Shown piece after piece: positions 51,080 through 60,439 of a stretch of 64,000 bases of DNA. The stretch is from Occultella glacieicola (GTDB lineage Bacteria > Actinomycetota > Actinomycetes > Actinomycetales > Beutenbergiaceae): the NCBI RefSeq assembly GCF_004353825.1, contig NZ_SMNA01000002.1, forward strand, positions 372,001 to 436,000, in the 5' to 3' direction. Made by a program: the position numbers and the translations under genes. How positions within the stretch are numbered: position 1 is the first letter of the stretch; every line of letters begins with the position of its first letter. The notes beneath the pieces were generated by a model. The model ran no database searches and was not told where the DNA came from. It saw only the letters and a program-made list of their open reading frames with translations.

Positions 51080-52264
51080 ATGTCAGCGTCACCCTCCCCG
51101 GCCCCGTCCACCAGTTCCTCCGCCGCTGCGGCACCTTCCGAGGAACGGGTCCGTGAAGCCCTGACGACCGTCCTCGACCCGGAGATCCGCCGGCCCATCA
51201 CGGACCTCGACATGGTCCGTGGCGTCGGGATCGAGCCCGGGCACGACGGCGCGGCGGTGACCGTCGGTATCGCGCTGACCACCTCCGGGTGCCCGCTGCG
51301 GGACACGATCATCCGCGACGTCACCGCCGCCGTCGAGAAGGTCCCGGGCGTGGCCCGGGTGGTCGTGGACATGACGGTGATGACCGACGACGAGCGCACC
51401 GCCCTGCGGACGAAGCTGCGCGGCGGGGTCGCCGAACCGGTCATCCCGTTCTCCCAGCCGGACAACCTGACCCGCGTCTACGCCGTCGCCTCCGGCAAGG
51501 GCGGCGTCGGCAAGTCGACCGTGACCGCGAACCTGGCCGCCGCAATGGCCGCCGACGGCCTCAAGGTGGGCGTCCTGGACGCCGACGTGTACGGCTTCTC
51601 GATCCCCCGGATGCTGGGCGTGGAGCACCCGCCCACGAAGGTCGACGACATGATCCTGCCCCCGGTCGCCGGGGATGTGAAGGTCATCTCGATCGGCATG
51701 TTCACCCAGCCCGGGCGGCCCGTGGTGTGGCGCGGCCCGATGCTGCACCGGGCGTTGCAGCAGTTCCTCGCGGACGTGTTCTGGGGCGACCTGGACGTGC
51801 TCCTCCTGGACCTGCCACCGGGCACCGGCGACATCGCCATCTCCGTGGCCCAGCTGCTGCCGAACGCGGAGCTGCTCGTGGTCACCACCCCGCAGCTCGC
51901 GGCCGCCGAGGTCGCCGAGCGGGCCGGTTCGATGGCCCAGGCCACGTCGCAGAAGGTGGTCGGCGTGATCGAGAACATGTCCTGGCTCGTCCAGGACGAC
52001 GGGTCCCGCCTGGAGATCTTCGGCTCCGGCGGTGGCCAGCGGGTGGCCGACGAGCTCGGCCGGACCCTCGAGACCGAGGTGCCGCTGCTCGGGCAGGTCC
52101 CGCTCGAGGTCTCGCTGCGTGAGGGCGGCGACAGTGGTGAGCCCTCGGTGCGGACCGCGACCGACTCCCCTGCCGCGGACGTGCTGCGGGACATCGCGCG
52201 CACCCTCGGTCACCGTTCCCGCGGCCTGGCCGGACGCAAACTGGCGATCTCGCCGGTCGGCTGA
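51080..52264 (+). CDS. mrp: Mrp/NBP35 Fe-S cluster carrier ATPase
   Basis: N-terminal DUF59 (DPEI...GCP), SGKGGVGKS, WRGPM, DLPPGTGD, ENMS. Confidence 0.95.
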   Translation: MSASPSPAPSTSSSAAAAPSEERVREALTTVLDPEIRRPITDLDMVRGVGIEPGHDGAAVTVGIALTTSGCPLRDTIIRDVTAAVEKVPGVARVVVDMTVMTDDERTALRTKLRGGVAEPVIPFSQPDNLTRVYAVASGKGGVGKSTVTANLAAAMAADGLKVGVLDADVYGFSIPRMLGVEHPPTKVDDMILPPVAGDVKVISIGMFTQPGRPVVWRGPMLHRALQQFLADVFWGDLDVLLLDLPPGTGDIAISVAQLLPNAELLVVTTPQLAAAEVAERAGSMAQATSQKVVGVIENMSWLVQDDGSRLEIFGSGGGQRVADELGRTLETEVPLLGQVPLEVSLREGGDSGEPSVRTATDSPAADVLRDIARTLGHRSRGLAGRKLAISPVG

Positions 52265-52311
52265 GCCCGGACGACCGGGAGCCAGGGTTCAGGCGGTCCG
52301 GACCGACGGCG

Positions 52312-52779
52312 TCAGGTGGCCTCGTCGTCGAACGGCGCGGCGGTCATGGTCGCACCGACCAGTTCGCCGCCCTCGTCGCCGTCCGCGACCGCTCCGGTGG
52401 CACCCGAGGCGCCGGCGACCGCCGCCGCTGTACCCGTGGCGGCTGCCGCCACCGTGCCGGCGGCCGTGGCGGCCACCTTCTCGGTGGACCGGGACGACTT
52501 CGGCTTCGCCGGGGAACTCGCGAACGGGGTGTCCTCGAGCAGGGCGTCCCGCACGATCCGGCGCGGGTCGTACTTGCGCGGGTCGAACTTGCTGAGGTCG
52601 ATGTCGGCGGCGTCCGGGCCGAGCTCCTCCTTGACCATCTGGGTGGCGCCGGTCGCCATCTGCTTCAGCTGGCGCACGAGGCGGCCCAGCTGTTCGGCAT
52701 AGGCCGGCAACCGCTCGGGGCCGATGACGACCGCAGCGATGACGATGAGGAGGAGGATCTCCTCGCCGTTGAGATTCAC
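52312..52779 (-). CDS. tatB: Sec-independent translocase subunit TatB
   Basis: N-terminal TM followed by GPERLP; DPRKYDPRRIVRDAL; position between htrA and mrp. Confidence 0.88.
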   Translation of the reverse strand: MNLNGEEILLLIVIAAVVIGPERLPAYAEQLGRLVRQLKQMATGATQMVKEELGPDAADIDLSKFDPRKYDPRRIVRDALLEDTPFASSPAKPKSSRSTEKVAATAAGTVAAAATGTAAAVAGASGATGAVADGDEGGELVGATMTAAPFDDEAT

Positions 52780-52798
52780 GATGCCATGCTACCTGCCG

Positions 52799-54334
52799 CT
52801 ACTGGCTCTCTTGTTCGCCGAGGGTGACCTCGATGTCCCGCTCGCTTCCGTCCTCCAGGAGCGTGAGGGTGACGACATCCCCGGGCGCGTGGGCGCGGAT
52901 CTTCACGATCAGCTCGTCGGCGGTGGTCACCGGCTCGCCGTCGATGGCGACGATCACGTCGCCGGCCTCCAGCCCGGCCGCGTCCGCCGGACCGCCGGGG
53001 GTGACCGGCTCCACGCCGTCGGCCTGGTCCGCGGGCACCACCTGCACGCCCTCGCCGGTGTAGTCCCCGGCGATCGTGGCGCCGATGATCGGGTAGGTCG
53101 CCCGCCCGGTCTCGATGATCTGCTCGGCGGTGCGCCGCACCTGCACGCTGGGGATCGCGAACCCGAGGCCGATCGCGCCGGCCTGCTGGTCCGTCGCGAT
53201 GGCGGTGTTCACGCCGATCACCTCACCGGAGGCGTTCACGAGCGGGCCGCCGGAATTGCCCGGATTGATGGCGGCGTCGGTCTGGATCGCGTTGATGAAG
53301 CTGCGATCGCTGCCGCCGGCCACACTGACCGGCCGGTCCAGGGCACTGACGATGCCGGACGTGACCGTGCCCTCGAGGCCGAGCGGGGCGCCGATCGCGA
53401 CCACGGGTTCCCCGACCACGACCGCGTCGGAGTCCGCGAGCACGAGTGGGGTCAGGTCGCCACGGTCCACCCGCAGCACGGCGAGGTCGTAGTCCGAGGT
53501 GGACCCGACGATCTCGGCCTCCTCCTGGGACCCGTCCGGGAACACCACCACGACCTGCCCGGCGCCGTTGCTCGCGGCCGCGATCACGTGTGAGTTCGTG
53601 ACGACGTAACCGTCCTCGCGGAGCACGAAGCCACTACCGGTGCTCCCGCCCGCGCCCGTTCGTACCTCGATGTAGACGGTGCTGGGCAGGACCCGTGCGG
53701 CGATGCCTGCCACGGAGTCCGGGTTCAGGTCACCGCCGGCGGAGCCACCCGAGCCGGTCGCGACGTCCGAGGTGGGGATCTCCGACCCTCGGGAGCCGTC
53801 CTGGAGCAGCACCCGTCCGCCGACGATCCCGCCGAGGACGCCCAGGAGCAGACACAGGGCCATCAGGAGCGCGACCACGGCCGCGGGGACGCCCCGGCGC
53901 CGCGGCCGCGGGCGTGGTGCGTCACCGGGATGCGGCGGGAAGCCGGTGGGCCCCTGGTTCGCCGGCACCGACGGCGGTGTGGGCCCTGATGAAATCGAGG
54001 GCCCCGCCGTCGGGCCCGCGAAGCCCGACGGCGCAAGGGCGCCCGTGCCCCGCGGAGTCGGCTGGGTCGGGTGGCCGGGTGGGCCGTAGCCGCCCTGGGC
54101 CGAGCCGTCCGTGCGGCCGGGTGAGGCGTAGCCGCCCTGGGTCGTCACCTCGGTCCGGCCGGGCGCGGCATACCCCTGGTTCGGGGCGGACCAGCCGGCC
54201 ATCGGCGCGGTCGCGTTCGTCGGGCCGGGACCGCCGGCCGCCGCGGCGCCGCCGGTCGGCGCCCAGGCCCCGTCGGGATGCGGGCGCTCTTCCGGCCGGT
54301 CCTGCTCGCCGGACGGTCCGCCGGATGTGGTCAT
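52799..54334 (-). CDS. htrA: HtrA/S1C serine protease with PDZ domain
   Basis: Pro/Gly-rich N-terminus, TM, TNSHV, DLAV, QTDAAINPGNSGGPL, C-terminal PDZ. Confidence 0.93.
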   Translation of the reverse strand: MTTSGGPSGEQDRPEERPHPDGAWAPTGGAAAAGGPGPTNATAPMAGWSAPNQGYAAPGRTEVTTQGGYASPGRTDGSAQGGYGPPGHPTQPTPRGTGALAPSGFAGPTAGPSISSGPTPPSVPANQGPTGFPPHPGDAPRPRPRRRGVPAAVVALLMALCLLLGVLGGIVGGRVLLQDGSRGSEIPTSDVATGSGGSAGGDLNPDSVAGIAARVLPSTVYIEVRTGAGGSTGSGFVLREDGYVVTNSHVIAAASNGAGQVVVVFPDGSQEEAEIVGSTSDYDLAVLRVDRGDLTPLVLADSDAVVVGEPVVAIGAPLGLEGTVTSGIVSALDRPVSVAGGSDRSFINAIQTDAAINPGNSGGPLVNASGEVIGVNTAIATDQQAGAIGLGFAIPSVQVRRTAEQIIETGRATYPIIGATIAGDYTGEGVQVVPADQADGVEPVTPGGPADAAGLEAGDVIVAIDGEPVTTADELIVKIRAHAPGDVVTLTLLEDGSERDIEVTLGEQESQ

Positions 54335-54428
54335 GGGGTCCATTCTCTCCCGATCCACGGCGGCCCGGCACACGGTGGCCGAGCCGCGCACCTCCGGCCC
54401 CCGGGTTCGGGCGTCCGAGCCACGGCGA

Positions 54429-55328
54429 TCAGAACGTCGGGATCAGGCCGGACAGGGTCGTGGTCAACCGGTCGAGGACGGATCCGCCGCCGGCCGGCAG
54501 GCCCTCGATGAAGTCGTGGGCGGCGCTCCCGTCGGTTCCGGAGCTGACCGCGACCACGGAGTCGTCGCACTGGACGACCCACCACTCACCGGAGACGAGA
54601 TAGACGGTGTGGTCACCGATCCGGGTCGGCTCCAACGGGGCGAGCATCGCCGGGTCGAGCACCCCGTGCTGCTCGAGGACCATGACCTCCCGGTCGGATC
54701 CGGGTGTGCTGAGGGTGACCTGCAGGATCTCGCCCGTCTCGGGCGCCGGCGGCAGCAGACCGACATCGGCGATCACCATGCCGGCGGGGAGCTCGTCCGG
54801 GGCGGCCCATCCCGACTCGATGATCCACTCGGTGCGGGACCTGTCGTCGGCGGTGTCCGCCGGGGCGGCCCCGGTCCCGGGGGTGGTGCTGGTGCTGCCC
54901 GCCTGGGCGCCGCCGGCGTCCATGAGCGGAGTCAGGTCGTCGACACGGCGGGGCTGCTCGCCCAGCACGAACAGCGTGAGTGCGAACACTCCGAGCGACG
55001 CGACCGCGCCGGTCAGGACCCGGGTCCGCAACGGATGGCTCGCGGTGACGGGTCGCCGGGCGGGCGCTCCCAGTGCTGCCGGGTCGATCCTCGGGCCGAC
55101 CGGTCCGGGGCGTTGTCCGGGGATCTGGAGCGCGAGCAGGCGCGCGGTCAGGTCCTCGCTCGGGCGGGCGTCCCCGGCGGACCGGGCCGCGGACCGCCAG
55201 GCGCGCTCCTCGGCGACCTCCGCACGGCACTGCGCGCAGGAGGCCACGTGCGACATCGCTCGTTCGGCCTTGGCCGGCGGCAGCTGGCCGTCGATGAGTG
55301 GGGAGATCAGCGGTCCGAGGTGGCTCAT
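54429..55328 (-). CDS. rseA: Zinc-finger (zf-HC2) anti-sigma factor
   Basis: H...[11 protein letters not shown] motif and TM; ATGA overlap with sigE. Confidence 0.85.
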   Translation of the reverse strand: MSHLGPLISPLIDGQLPPAKAERAMSHVASCAQCRAEVAEERAWRSAARSAGDARPSEDLTARLLALQIPGQRPGPVGPRIDPAALGAPARRPVTASHPLRTRVLTGAVASLGVFALTLFVLGEQPRRVDDLTPLMDAGGAQAGSTSTTPGTGAAPADTADDRSRTEWIIESGWAAPDELPAGMVIADVGLLPPAPETGEILQVTLSTPGSDREVMVLEQHGVLDPAMLAPLEPTRIGDHTVYLVSGEWWVVQCDDSVVAVSSGTDGSAAHDFIEGLPAGGGSVLDRLTTTLSGLIPTF

Positions 55329-55978
55329 TGCTCCGCCTCCTGGGCCGCGGCGATCGCCTGTGGCGACCGGTGCGCGAGTTCCTTGCGCAGCTGGGCGCGG
55401 CCGCGGTGGATCCGGGAGCGGACGGTGCCCATCGAGATCCCGAGGGTGGCGGCGATCTCCTCGTAGGACAGTCCCTCGATGTCGCAGAGCACCACGGCCG
55501 CGCGGTACTGCGGCTTGAGGGTGTCGAGTGCGACCTGGATGTCCAGATCGAGGTTCTCGTGCTCGTAGCCACGTTCCGGCGACCCACGTTCACCGGTCTC
55601 GGGGATCCACTCGGCCGCCTGACCGAGCGCGTCGAAACGGATCCGCTTCTTGCGCCGCTGACCGTCCAGGAACAGGTTCGTGGTGATGCGGTGCAGCCAG
55701 CCCTCGAAGGTGCCCGGCTTGTAGGAGTGCAGGGAGCGGAACACCCGGACGAAGACCTCCTGGGTGAGATCCTCTGCGTCGGCCCGGTTGCCGGTGAGCC
55801 GGTAGGCCAGCCGGTAGACCCGGTCGGAGTTCTCGCGGACCACGCGCTCCCACGTGGGCGGTTCCCAGAGCGGCTCGGTTGCCTCGGGAGTCGTCAGGTC
55901 CCCCGCGACCGGCGTGACCGAGCCACCGACCAGTTCCCCTACGTCGGCCTGGGCCACCACCACCGGCTGCTCCTCCAT
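55325..55978 (-). CDS. sigE: ECF RNA polymerase sigma factor SigE
   Basis: [46 protein letters not shown]. Confidence 0.94.
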   Translation of the reverse strand: MEEQPVVVAQADVGELVGGSVTPVAGDLTTPEATEPLWEPPTWERVVRENSDRVYRLAYRLTGNRADAEDLTQEVFVRVFRSLHSYKPGTFEGWLHRITTNLFLDGQRRKKRIRFDALGQAAEWIPETGERGSPERGYEHENLDLDIQVALDTLKPQYRAAVVLCDIEGLSYEEIAATLGISMGTVRSRIHRGRAQLRKELAHRSPQAIAAAQEAEQ

Positions 55979-56003
55979 GATCCGTCGAGTCTAGGTCGGT
56001 TAC

Positions 56004-56020
56004 CTGAGAACTCCCTGGGA
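56004..56020 (-). promoter_or_regulatory. MprA-box-like direct repeat upstream of sigE
   Basis: TCCCAG-N5-TCTCAG upstream of -10 TAGACT (55988-55993). Confidence 0.55.
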
Positions 56021-56021
56021 G

Positions 56022-56047
56022 AACGAACGGGGACGCCGCGAGGTTCC
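56022..56047 (-). promoter_or_regulatory. ECF (SigH/SigE-type) promoter upstream of sigE
   Basis: GGAAC-N17-CGTT. Confidence 0.55.
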
Positions 56048-56099
56048 GAACCGTTCCGCGGCGTTCGTGGCGCAGGTTCTCGTGGGCTCGTCGGGCTGC

Positions 56100-56843
56100 T
56101 CAGGACGGCTGGTGGCGGGTCAGCAGTGCGATCTCGGCGTCGACGTACTCGTCGTCGATACCGGCGGCGAGCAGGTCACGCTTGAGGGCGCGCTGCATGC
56201 CCAGAGCCTGCGCGTCGCGGCCGAGGAGCCGTAACGTCCACGCGACCATCCACCGGGCGATCTGCTCCTCGCGTCCCTGCCCGGCGTCGTGCCGGAGCCG
56301 CTGTGCCTGCCGGAACACCGCCAGGGCGGAGTCCGGATCGCCGGCGTCGACCAGCGCGCAGCCGAGGTTGTTCAGCACACTCGCCTCCCATCGCCGGGCC
56401 CCCGGGTCCACCGCCGCCCGCGCGGCCCGCAGCGCCGTGCGGTTCGCGGCCACCTGCTCCTGCGGGGTCGGCGCGATCAGTGCCAGCATGTGCAGGGCGT
56501 CGATCCGGAGCGCCTCAAGCCCCGCGGCGGCGGCGAGCTCGGCGGCCTCCCGCAGCGGCGGCTCCGGGTCGGAACGCCCGCCGCTGCGACGGAGCCGGCC
56601 GCGCTCGAGGGCCACCCGGACCGCGACCTCGGCCGGGGGCGCCCCAGGACGAGCCCCGGGGGTGAGGCTGTTCAGCAGGCGCTCCGCCTCGTCGTGCTCG
56701 CCGCACAGACCGAGCGCGCGGGCGAGGTGCGTGGTCAGGACGTCCCGTTCGATCCCGTCGGCGCCCGCGATCGCCACCCGGAACCGTTCGGCGCTGCCGG
56801 CCGGGTCGTCGAAGTTCCAGAGTGCGTCGACGTCGTCGGACAT
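56100..56843 (-). CDS. Tetratricopeptide-repeat-like protein
   Basis: MSDDVDALWNFDDP, IDALHMLA, SVLNNLG, IARWMVAWTLR; GGAGGGAGAGGA RBS. Confidence 0.75.
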   Translation of the reverse strand: MSDDVDALWNFDDPAGSAERFRVAIAGADGIERDVLTTHLARALGLCGEHDEAERLLNSLTPGARPGAPPAEVAVRVALERGRLRRSGGRSDPEPPLREAAELAAAAGLEALRIDALHMLALIAPTPQEQVAANRTALRAARAAVDPGARRWEASVLNNLGCALVDAGDPDSALAVFRQAQRLRHDAGQGREEQIARWMVAWTLRLLGRDAQALGMQRALKRDLLAAGIDDEYVDAEIALLTRHQPS

Positions 56844-56994
56844 TCCTCTCCCTCCGGGCCGGCAGGGCCGACACTGCCCGGTACCGCCCGACCCGCAACC
56901 ACCCGGCGCAGGCCGGCGCGGGATGGCGACCCACCCGCCCGCCTGCGGTAACGATACGATCCACTCCACACACGCTCGCACCGGGAGGCCCACC

Positions 56995-57627
56995 ATCGCT
57001 GCCGACAAGGCCCAGAGCTGGGCCTACACCGAAGACTTCATCACCGAATCCGAGGCTGCCGCGGCCGCCCGGGCGCGCGCGGAGGAGTTCGGTATCCCCG
57101 CCGTCTCCACGGGCACCGGCGCCGCCCTGCGGCTCCTCGCTGCCGCCTCCCATGCCCGCGCGGTCGCCGAGATCGGCACCGGGACGGGGGTTTCGGGCCT
57201 GTGGCTCCTGGACGGGATGCACCCCGAGGGCGTCCTGACCACCATCGACGTCGAGGTGGAGCACCAGCGCGCCGCCAAGGAGGCGTTCGCCGCCGCCGGG
57301 GTCCGTGCCACCCGCACCCGACCGATCTCGGGGCGCGCCCTCGACGTGCTGCCCCGCCTGGCGGACGCCGCCTACGACCTGGTGTTCATCGACGCCGAGC
57401 CGTCCGAGGCGGGCGACTACGCCGACCAGGCGGTGCGGATGCTGCGCAGCGGCGGCTCGCTGGCGGTGACCGACGCGCTCTGGCACGACCGCGTCGCCGA
57501 CCCGGCGCGCCGGGACGAGGCGACCGTGGCGATGCGCGAACTCGGCCGGCGTCTGCGCGAGGACGAACGGCTGATCCCGGCCATGCTGCCCAGCGGGGAC
57601 GGCCTGCTGGTGGCCGTCAAACGCTGA
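56995..57627 (+). CDS. O-methyltransferase (class I SAM-dependent), probable ATC start
   Basis: EIGTGTGVSG, LTTID, YDLVFIDA, GDGLL; GGAGG 6 nt before ATC; alternative in-frame ATG at 56923. Confidence 0.88.
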   Translation: MAADKAQSWAYTEDFITESEAAAAARARAEEFGIPAVSTGTGAALRLLAAASHARAVAEIGTGTGVSGLWLLDGMHPEGVLTTIDVEVEHQRAAKEAFAAAGVRATRTRPISGRALDVLPRLADAAYDLVFIDAEPSEAGDYADQAVRMLRSGGSLAVTDALWHDRVADPARRDEATVAMRELGRRLREDERLIPAMLPSGDGLLVAVKR

Positions 57628-57648
57628 GGCGAGTTCCGCCGTCGCCCC

Positions 57649-59184
57649 TCATGACAGCGACTGCAACCAGCGCAGCAGCACCCGGGCGCCGAACCCGGTG
57701 GCCCCCTCAGTGACCTCGTGCTCGGCCTTGGCCGAGCGGGCCGGGCCGGCGATGTCGAGGTGCGCCCACGGCGTCGCCCCGGCGAAATGCTGCAGGAACA
57801 GCGCGGCCGTGATCGACCCCCCGGACACGTGCGGGTCCGTGGTGATGTGGGACAGGTCCGCCACGGCCGAGTCGAGGGCGTGCCGGTACTCCTCGACGAG
57901 CGGCATCGGCCAGAGGGGCTCGCCGGCCAGCTCCCCCGCGGCCACCAGCGCGTCGCGCAGGTCGTCTGCGGTGGCGTACAACGCGCCGTGGCGCTTGCCC
58001 AGGCCGAGGCTCGCGGCGCCGGTCAGGGTGGCCACGTCGACCAGGATGCCGGGCTCGAACTCGGTCCGGGCCCAGGCCATCGCGTCGGCGAGCACCAGCC
58101 GCCCCTCGGCGTCGGTGTTCCCGATCTCGACCGTGGTGCCGTCCACCATGGTCAGCACGTCGCCGGGTCGGTAGGAGGACCCGGAGAACGCGTTCTCGGC
58201 CAACGGCAGCACGCCGATGACGCGGACCGGCAGTTCGGCCCGGGCGGCGCCGAGCACCGCCCCGAGCACCGCCGCCGCGCCGGCCATGTCCGTCTTCATG
58301 CCGATCATGGCGTCCCGGGGCTTGATCGAGATACCGCCGGAGTCGTAGGTGATGCCCTTGCCGACGAGGACGACGGGGGTGCCGCTCGCCCCGGCCGGGT
58401 TGTGGTCCACGACGACCAGGCGAGGTGGCGTGACCGAGCCGTGCCCGACCGCGAGGATCCCGTTCAGTCCCCGATCGGCCAGCCAGGTCTCGGTGTGCAC
58501 GGTGACCTTAACCGTGCGCCGGCCGCGGGCGAGGCTGCGGACCTGGTCCGCGAGCCACTGCGGGTTCTTCAGGTTCGAGGGGGTGGCCGCGAGGGTTCGG
58601 GTGAGCAGGGTGGCGCCCGCGGCGATCTCGGCGTGAGCCACGGTGCCGCGGTCCGCGTCACCGACCAGCGCGATCCGGCCCACCGGTGCACTCGGCCCGG
58701 TGCCGGTCCCGGTGAACGGCGGCCGGTAGGAGCCGAGCAGCGCGCCCTCGACGAAGGGCTGGACCTCATCCTCGACACCGTCGGCGGCGAGCGTGGTGAC
58801 GACGGTCCCGACGCCGGCCGCGCACTTCGCGACGGCGGCACCGGCGCGTCGCATGGCGACGGTCGAGCCGTCCCCCACCCCGACGAGGACGATCCGGCCC
58901 GGCAGCCCGTCCCACGGCGCGGCCCCGCCCGTGAGGGCGGGCAACGGAACGCCGATGGCCTCACCGACCGCGCCGGTGGAGCCGGACCGGGCGGCGAGGT
59001 CGTCGAGGTCGATCCCGTAGGCGGTCGCGGCCTCGGCGGCACCGGCCCCGGGTTGCACCCGGCCGCCGTCGGAGCCGGCCGGGGCGATCGGCAGCGCGAG
59101 CACGGCCTCCCGACCGAACCCGGCGAGCAGGTCCCGGCTCAGCGGCCCCGGTCGTACCTCAAACTCGGGACTCGCCTGCACCAT
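57649..59184 (-). CDS. Leucyl aminopeptidase (M17)
   Basis: VGKGITYDSGG, MKTDMAG, NTDAEGRL, ATLTGA, HLDIAG. Confidence 0.94.
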   Translation of the reverse strand: MVQASPEFEVRPGPLSRDLLAGFGREAVLALPIAPAGSDGGRVQPGAGAAEAATAYGIDLDDLAARSGSTGAVGEAIGVPLPALTGGAAPWDGLPGRIVLVGVGDGSTVAMRRAGAAVAKCAAGVGTVVTTLAADGVEDEVQPFVEGALLGSYRPPFTGTGTGPSAPVGRIALVGDADRGTVAHAEIAAGATLLTRTLAATPSNLKNPQWLADQVRSLARGRRTVKVTVHTETWLADRGLNGILAVGHGSVTPPRLVVVDHNPAGASGTPVVLVGKGITYDSGGISIKPRDAMIGMKTDMAGAAAVLGAVLGAARAELPVRVIGVLPLAENAFSGSSYRPGDVLTMVDGTTVEIGNTDAEGRLVLADAMAWARTEFEPGILVDVATLTGAASLGLGKRHGALYATADDLRDALVAAGELAGEPLWPMPLVEEYRHALDSAVADLSHITTDPHVSGGSITAALFLQHFAGATPWAHLDIAGPARSAKAEHEVTEGATGFGARVLLRWLQSLS

Positions 59185-59191
59185 CGGGGCG

Positions 59192-59359
59192 TCAGCCGGC
59201 GACGGCGCTCAGTGCGTCACTGAGTTCGCTCGCCTCGGTGGCGTTCAACTCGACGACGAGTCGACCTCCGCCCTCAAGCGGAACGCGCATGATGATGCCC
59301 CGACCCTCCTTGGTGACCTCGAGCGGTCCGTCACCGGTCCTGGGCTTCATGGCGGCCAT
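59192..59359 (-). CDS. DUF3117 domain protein
   Basis: MAAMKPRTGDGPLEVTKEGRGIIMRVPLEGGGRLVVEL; GGGAG RBS. Confidence 0.93.
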   Translation of the reverse strand: MAAMKPRTGDGPLEVTKEGRGIIMRVPLEGGGRLVVELNATEASELSDALSAVAG

Positions 59360-59582
59360 GGGCAAACTCCCTGCTGTCATCGGGTGGTGCGCCCTCGCGG
59401 TTGGAGGCAACGTTGTCTGCCGACGTCCCCGGAGTGGTGCTCTGCTCGGCCCATTCTATGCCAGTTCGCCTCCCGGCTTCCGCCGCGCCCCCGATCCGGC
59501 CGGTCGAGACGAGCCAGGCGACGACCAGCACGACCACGATCATCAGCGCGAACACGCCGGTGACCCACGTCACCCAGCTCAT
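59331..59582 (-). pseudogene. Small TM-anchored ORF, possibly a truncated remnant
   Basis: First ~35 codons encode a TM helix with host-like codons; the rest runs through the DUF3117 promoter and 5' UTR. Confidence 0.35.
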
Positions 59583-59632
59583 GCCTCAGCCCCGGCCGGT
59601 TCGGGAACGTGTCGGCGGGCCGCCCGAGACCG

Positions 59633-60439
59633 TCATTCCGGGCCCATGGCGCCGGCCCGGGAGGCGGCCGCCTGGGCTGCTGCGAGTTCCTCGCGGCGTC
59701 GGCTCCGGTTCGCGTTCAGCACGATCTCGACGGCCTCACGCGGGTCGTCGGTCAGGTGCAACAGGTCCGGGTCGTGCGCCGAGATCGTGCCGCGCTCGAC
59801 CAGCGTGTTCTGCATCCAGTCGATCAGACCGGCCCAGAACGTCGTCCCGATGAGCACGATCGGGAACCGCTTGACCTTGGTGGTCTGGACCAGGGTGAGC
59901 GCCTCGAAGAGCTCGTCGAGAGTGCCGAACCCGCCGGGGAGCACGATGAAACCCTCGGCGTACTTCACGAACATCGTCTTGCGGGCGAAGAAGTACCGGA
60001 AGTTCACCCCGAGGTCCACGTACTCGTTCATGCCCTGCTCGAACGGCAGCTCGATGCCGAGACCCACGGAGGTCCCCCCGGCCTCGTGGGCGCCCTTGTT
60101 CGCCCCCTCCATCACGCCGGGGCCACCGCCGGTGATGACCGCGTACCCGGCCTCGACGATGTGCCGGGCCACCTCGATCGCCAGGGCGTACTCCGGGTCC
60201 GCCGGCTTGAACCGCGCCGAACCGAACACACTGATCGCGGGGCCGAGCTCGGCCAGGGCGCCGAAGCCCTCCACGAACTCGGCCTGGATGCGCATCACCC
60301 GCCACGGGTCCATGTGCAGCCAGTCCGCACCCTCGGCCGGCTCGAGGAGCCGTTCGTCGGTGGTCTTCTCCGGGATCAGCTTGCCGCGCAGTTGCACCGG
60401 ACCCTTCCGGTAGTTCGCTCGGTTGTTCGTGATGCTCAT
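59633..60439 (-). CDS. LOG family (TIGR00730) nucleotide monophosphate nucleosidase
   Basis: DPWRVMRIQAEF, VFGSAR, TGGGPGVM, PGGFGTLDE. Confidence 0.93.
   Translation of the reverse strand: MSITNNRANYRKGPVQLRGKLIPEKTTDERLLEPAEGADWLHMDPWRVMRIQAEFVEGFGALAELGPAISVFGSARFKPADPEYALAIEVARHIVEAGYAVITGGGPGVMEGANKGAHEAGGTSVGLGIELPFEQGMNEYVDLGVNFRYFFARKTMFVKYAEGFIVLPGGFGTLDELFEALTLVQTTKVKRFPIVLIGTTFWAGLIDWMQNTLVERGTISAHDPDLLHLTDDPREAVEIVLNANRSRRREELAAAQAAASRAGAMGPE

Noticed and set aside
59610..59631. TGTCGG-N10-GAGACC resembling a PafBC promoter
   Set aside because: Lacks the conserved final T of the -10 and points antisense, with no plus-strand gene downstream
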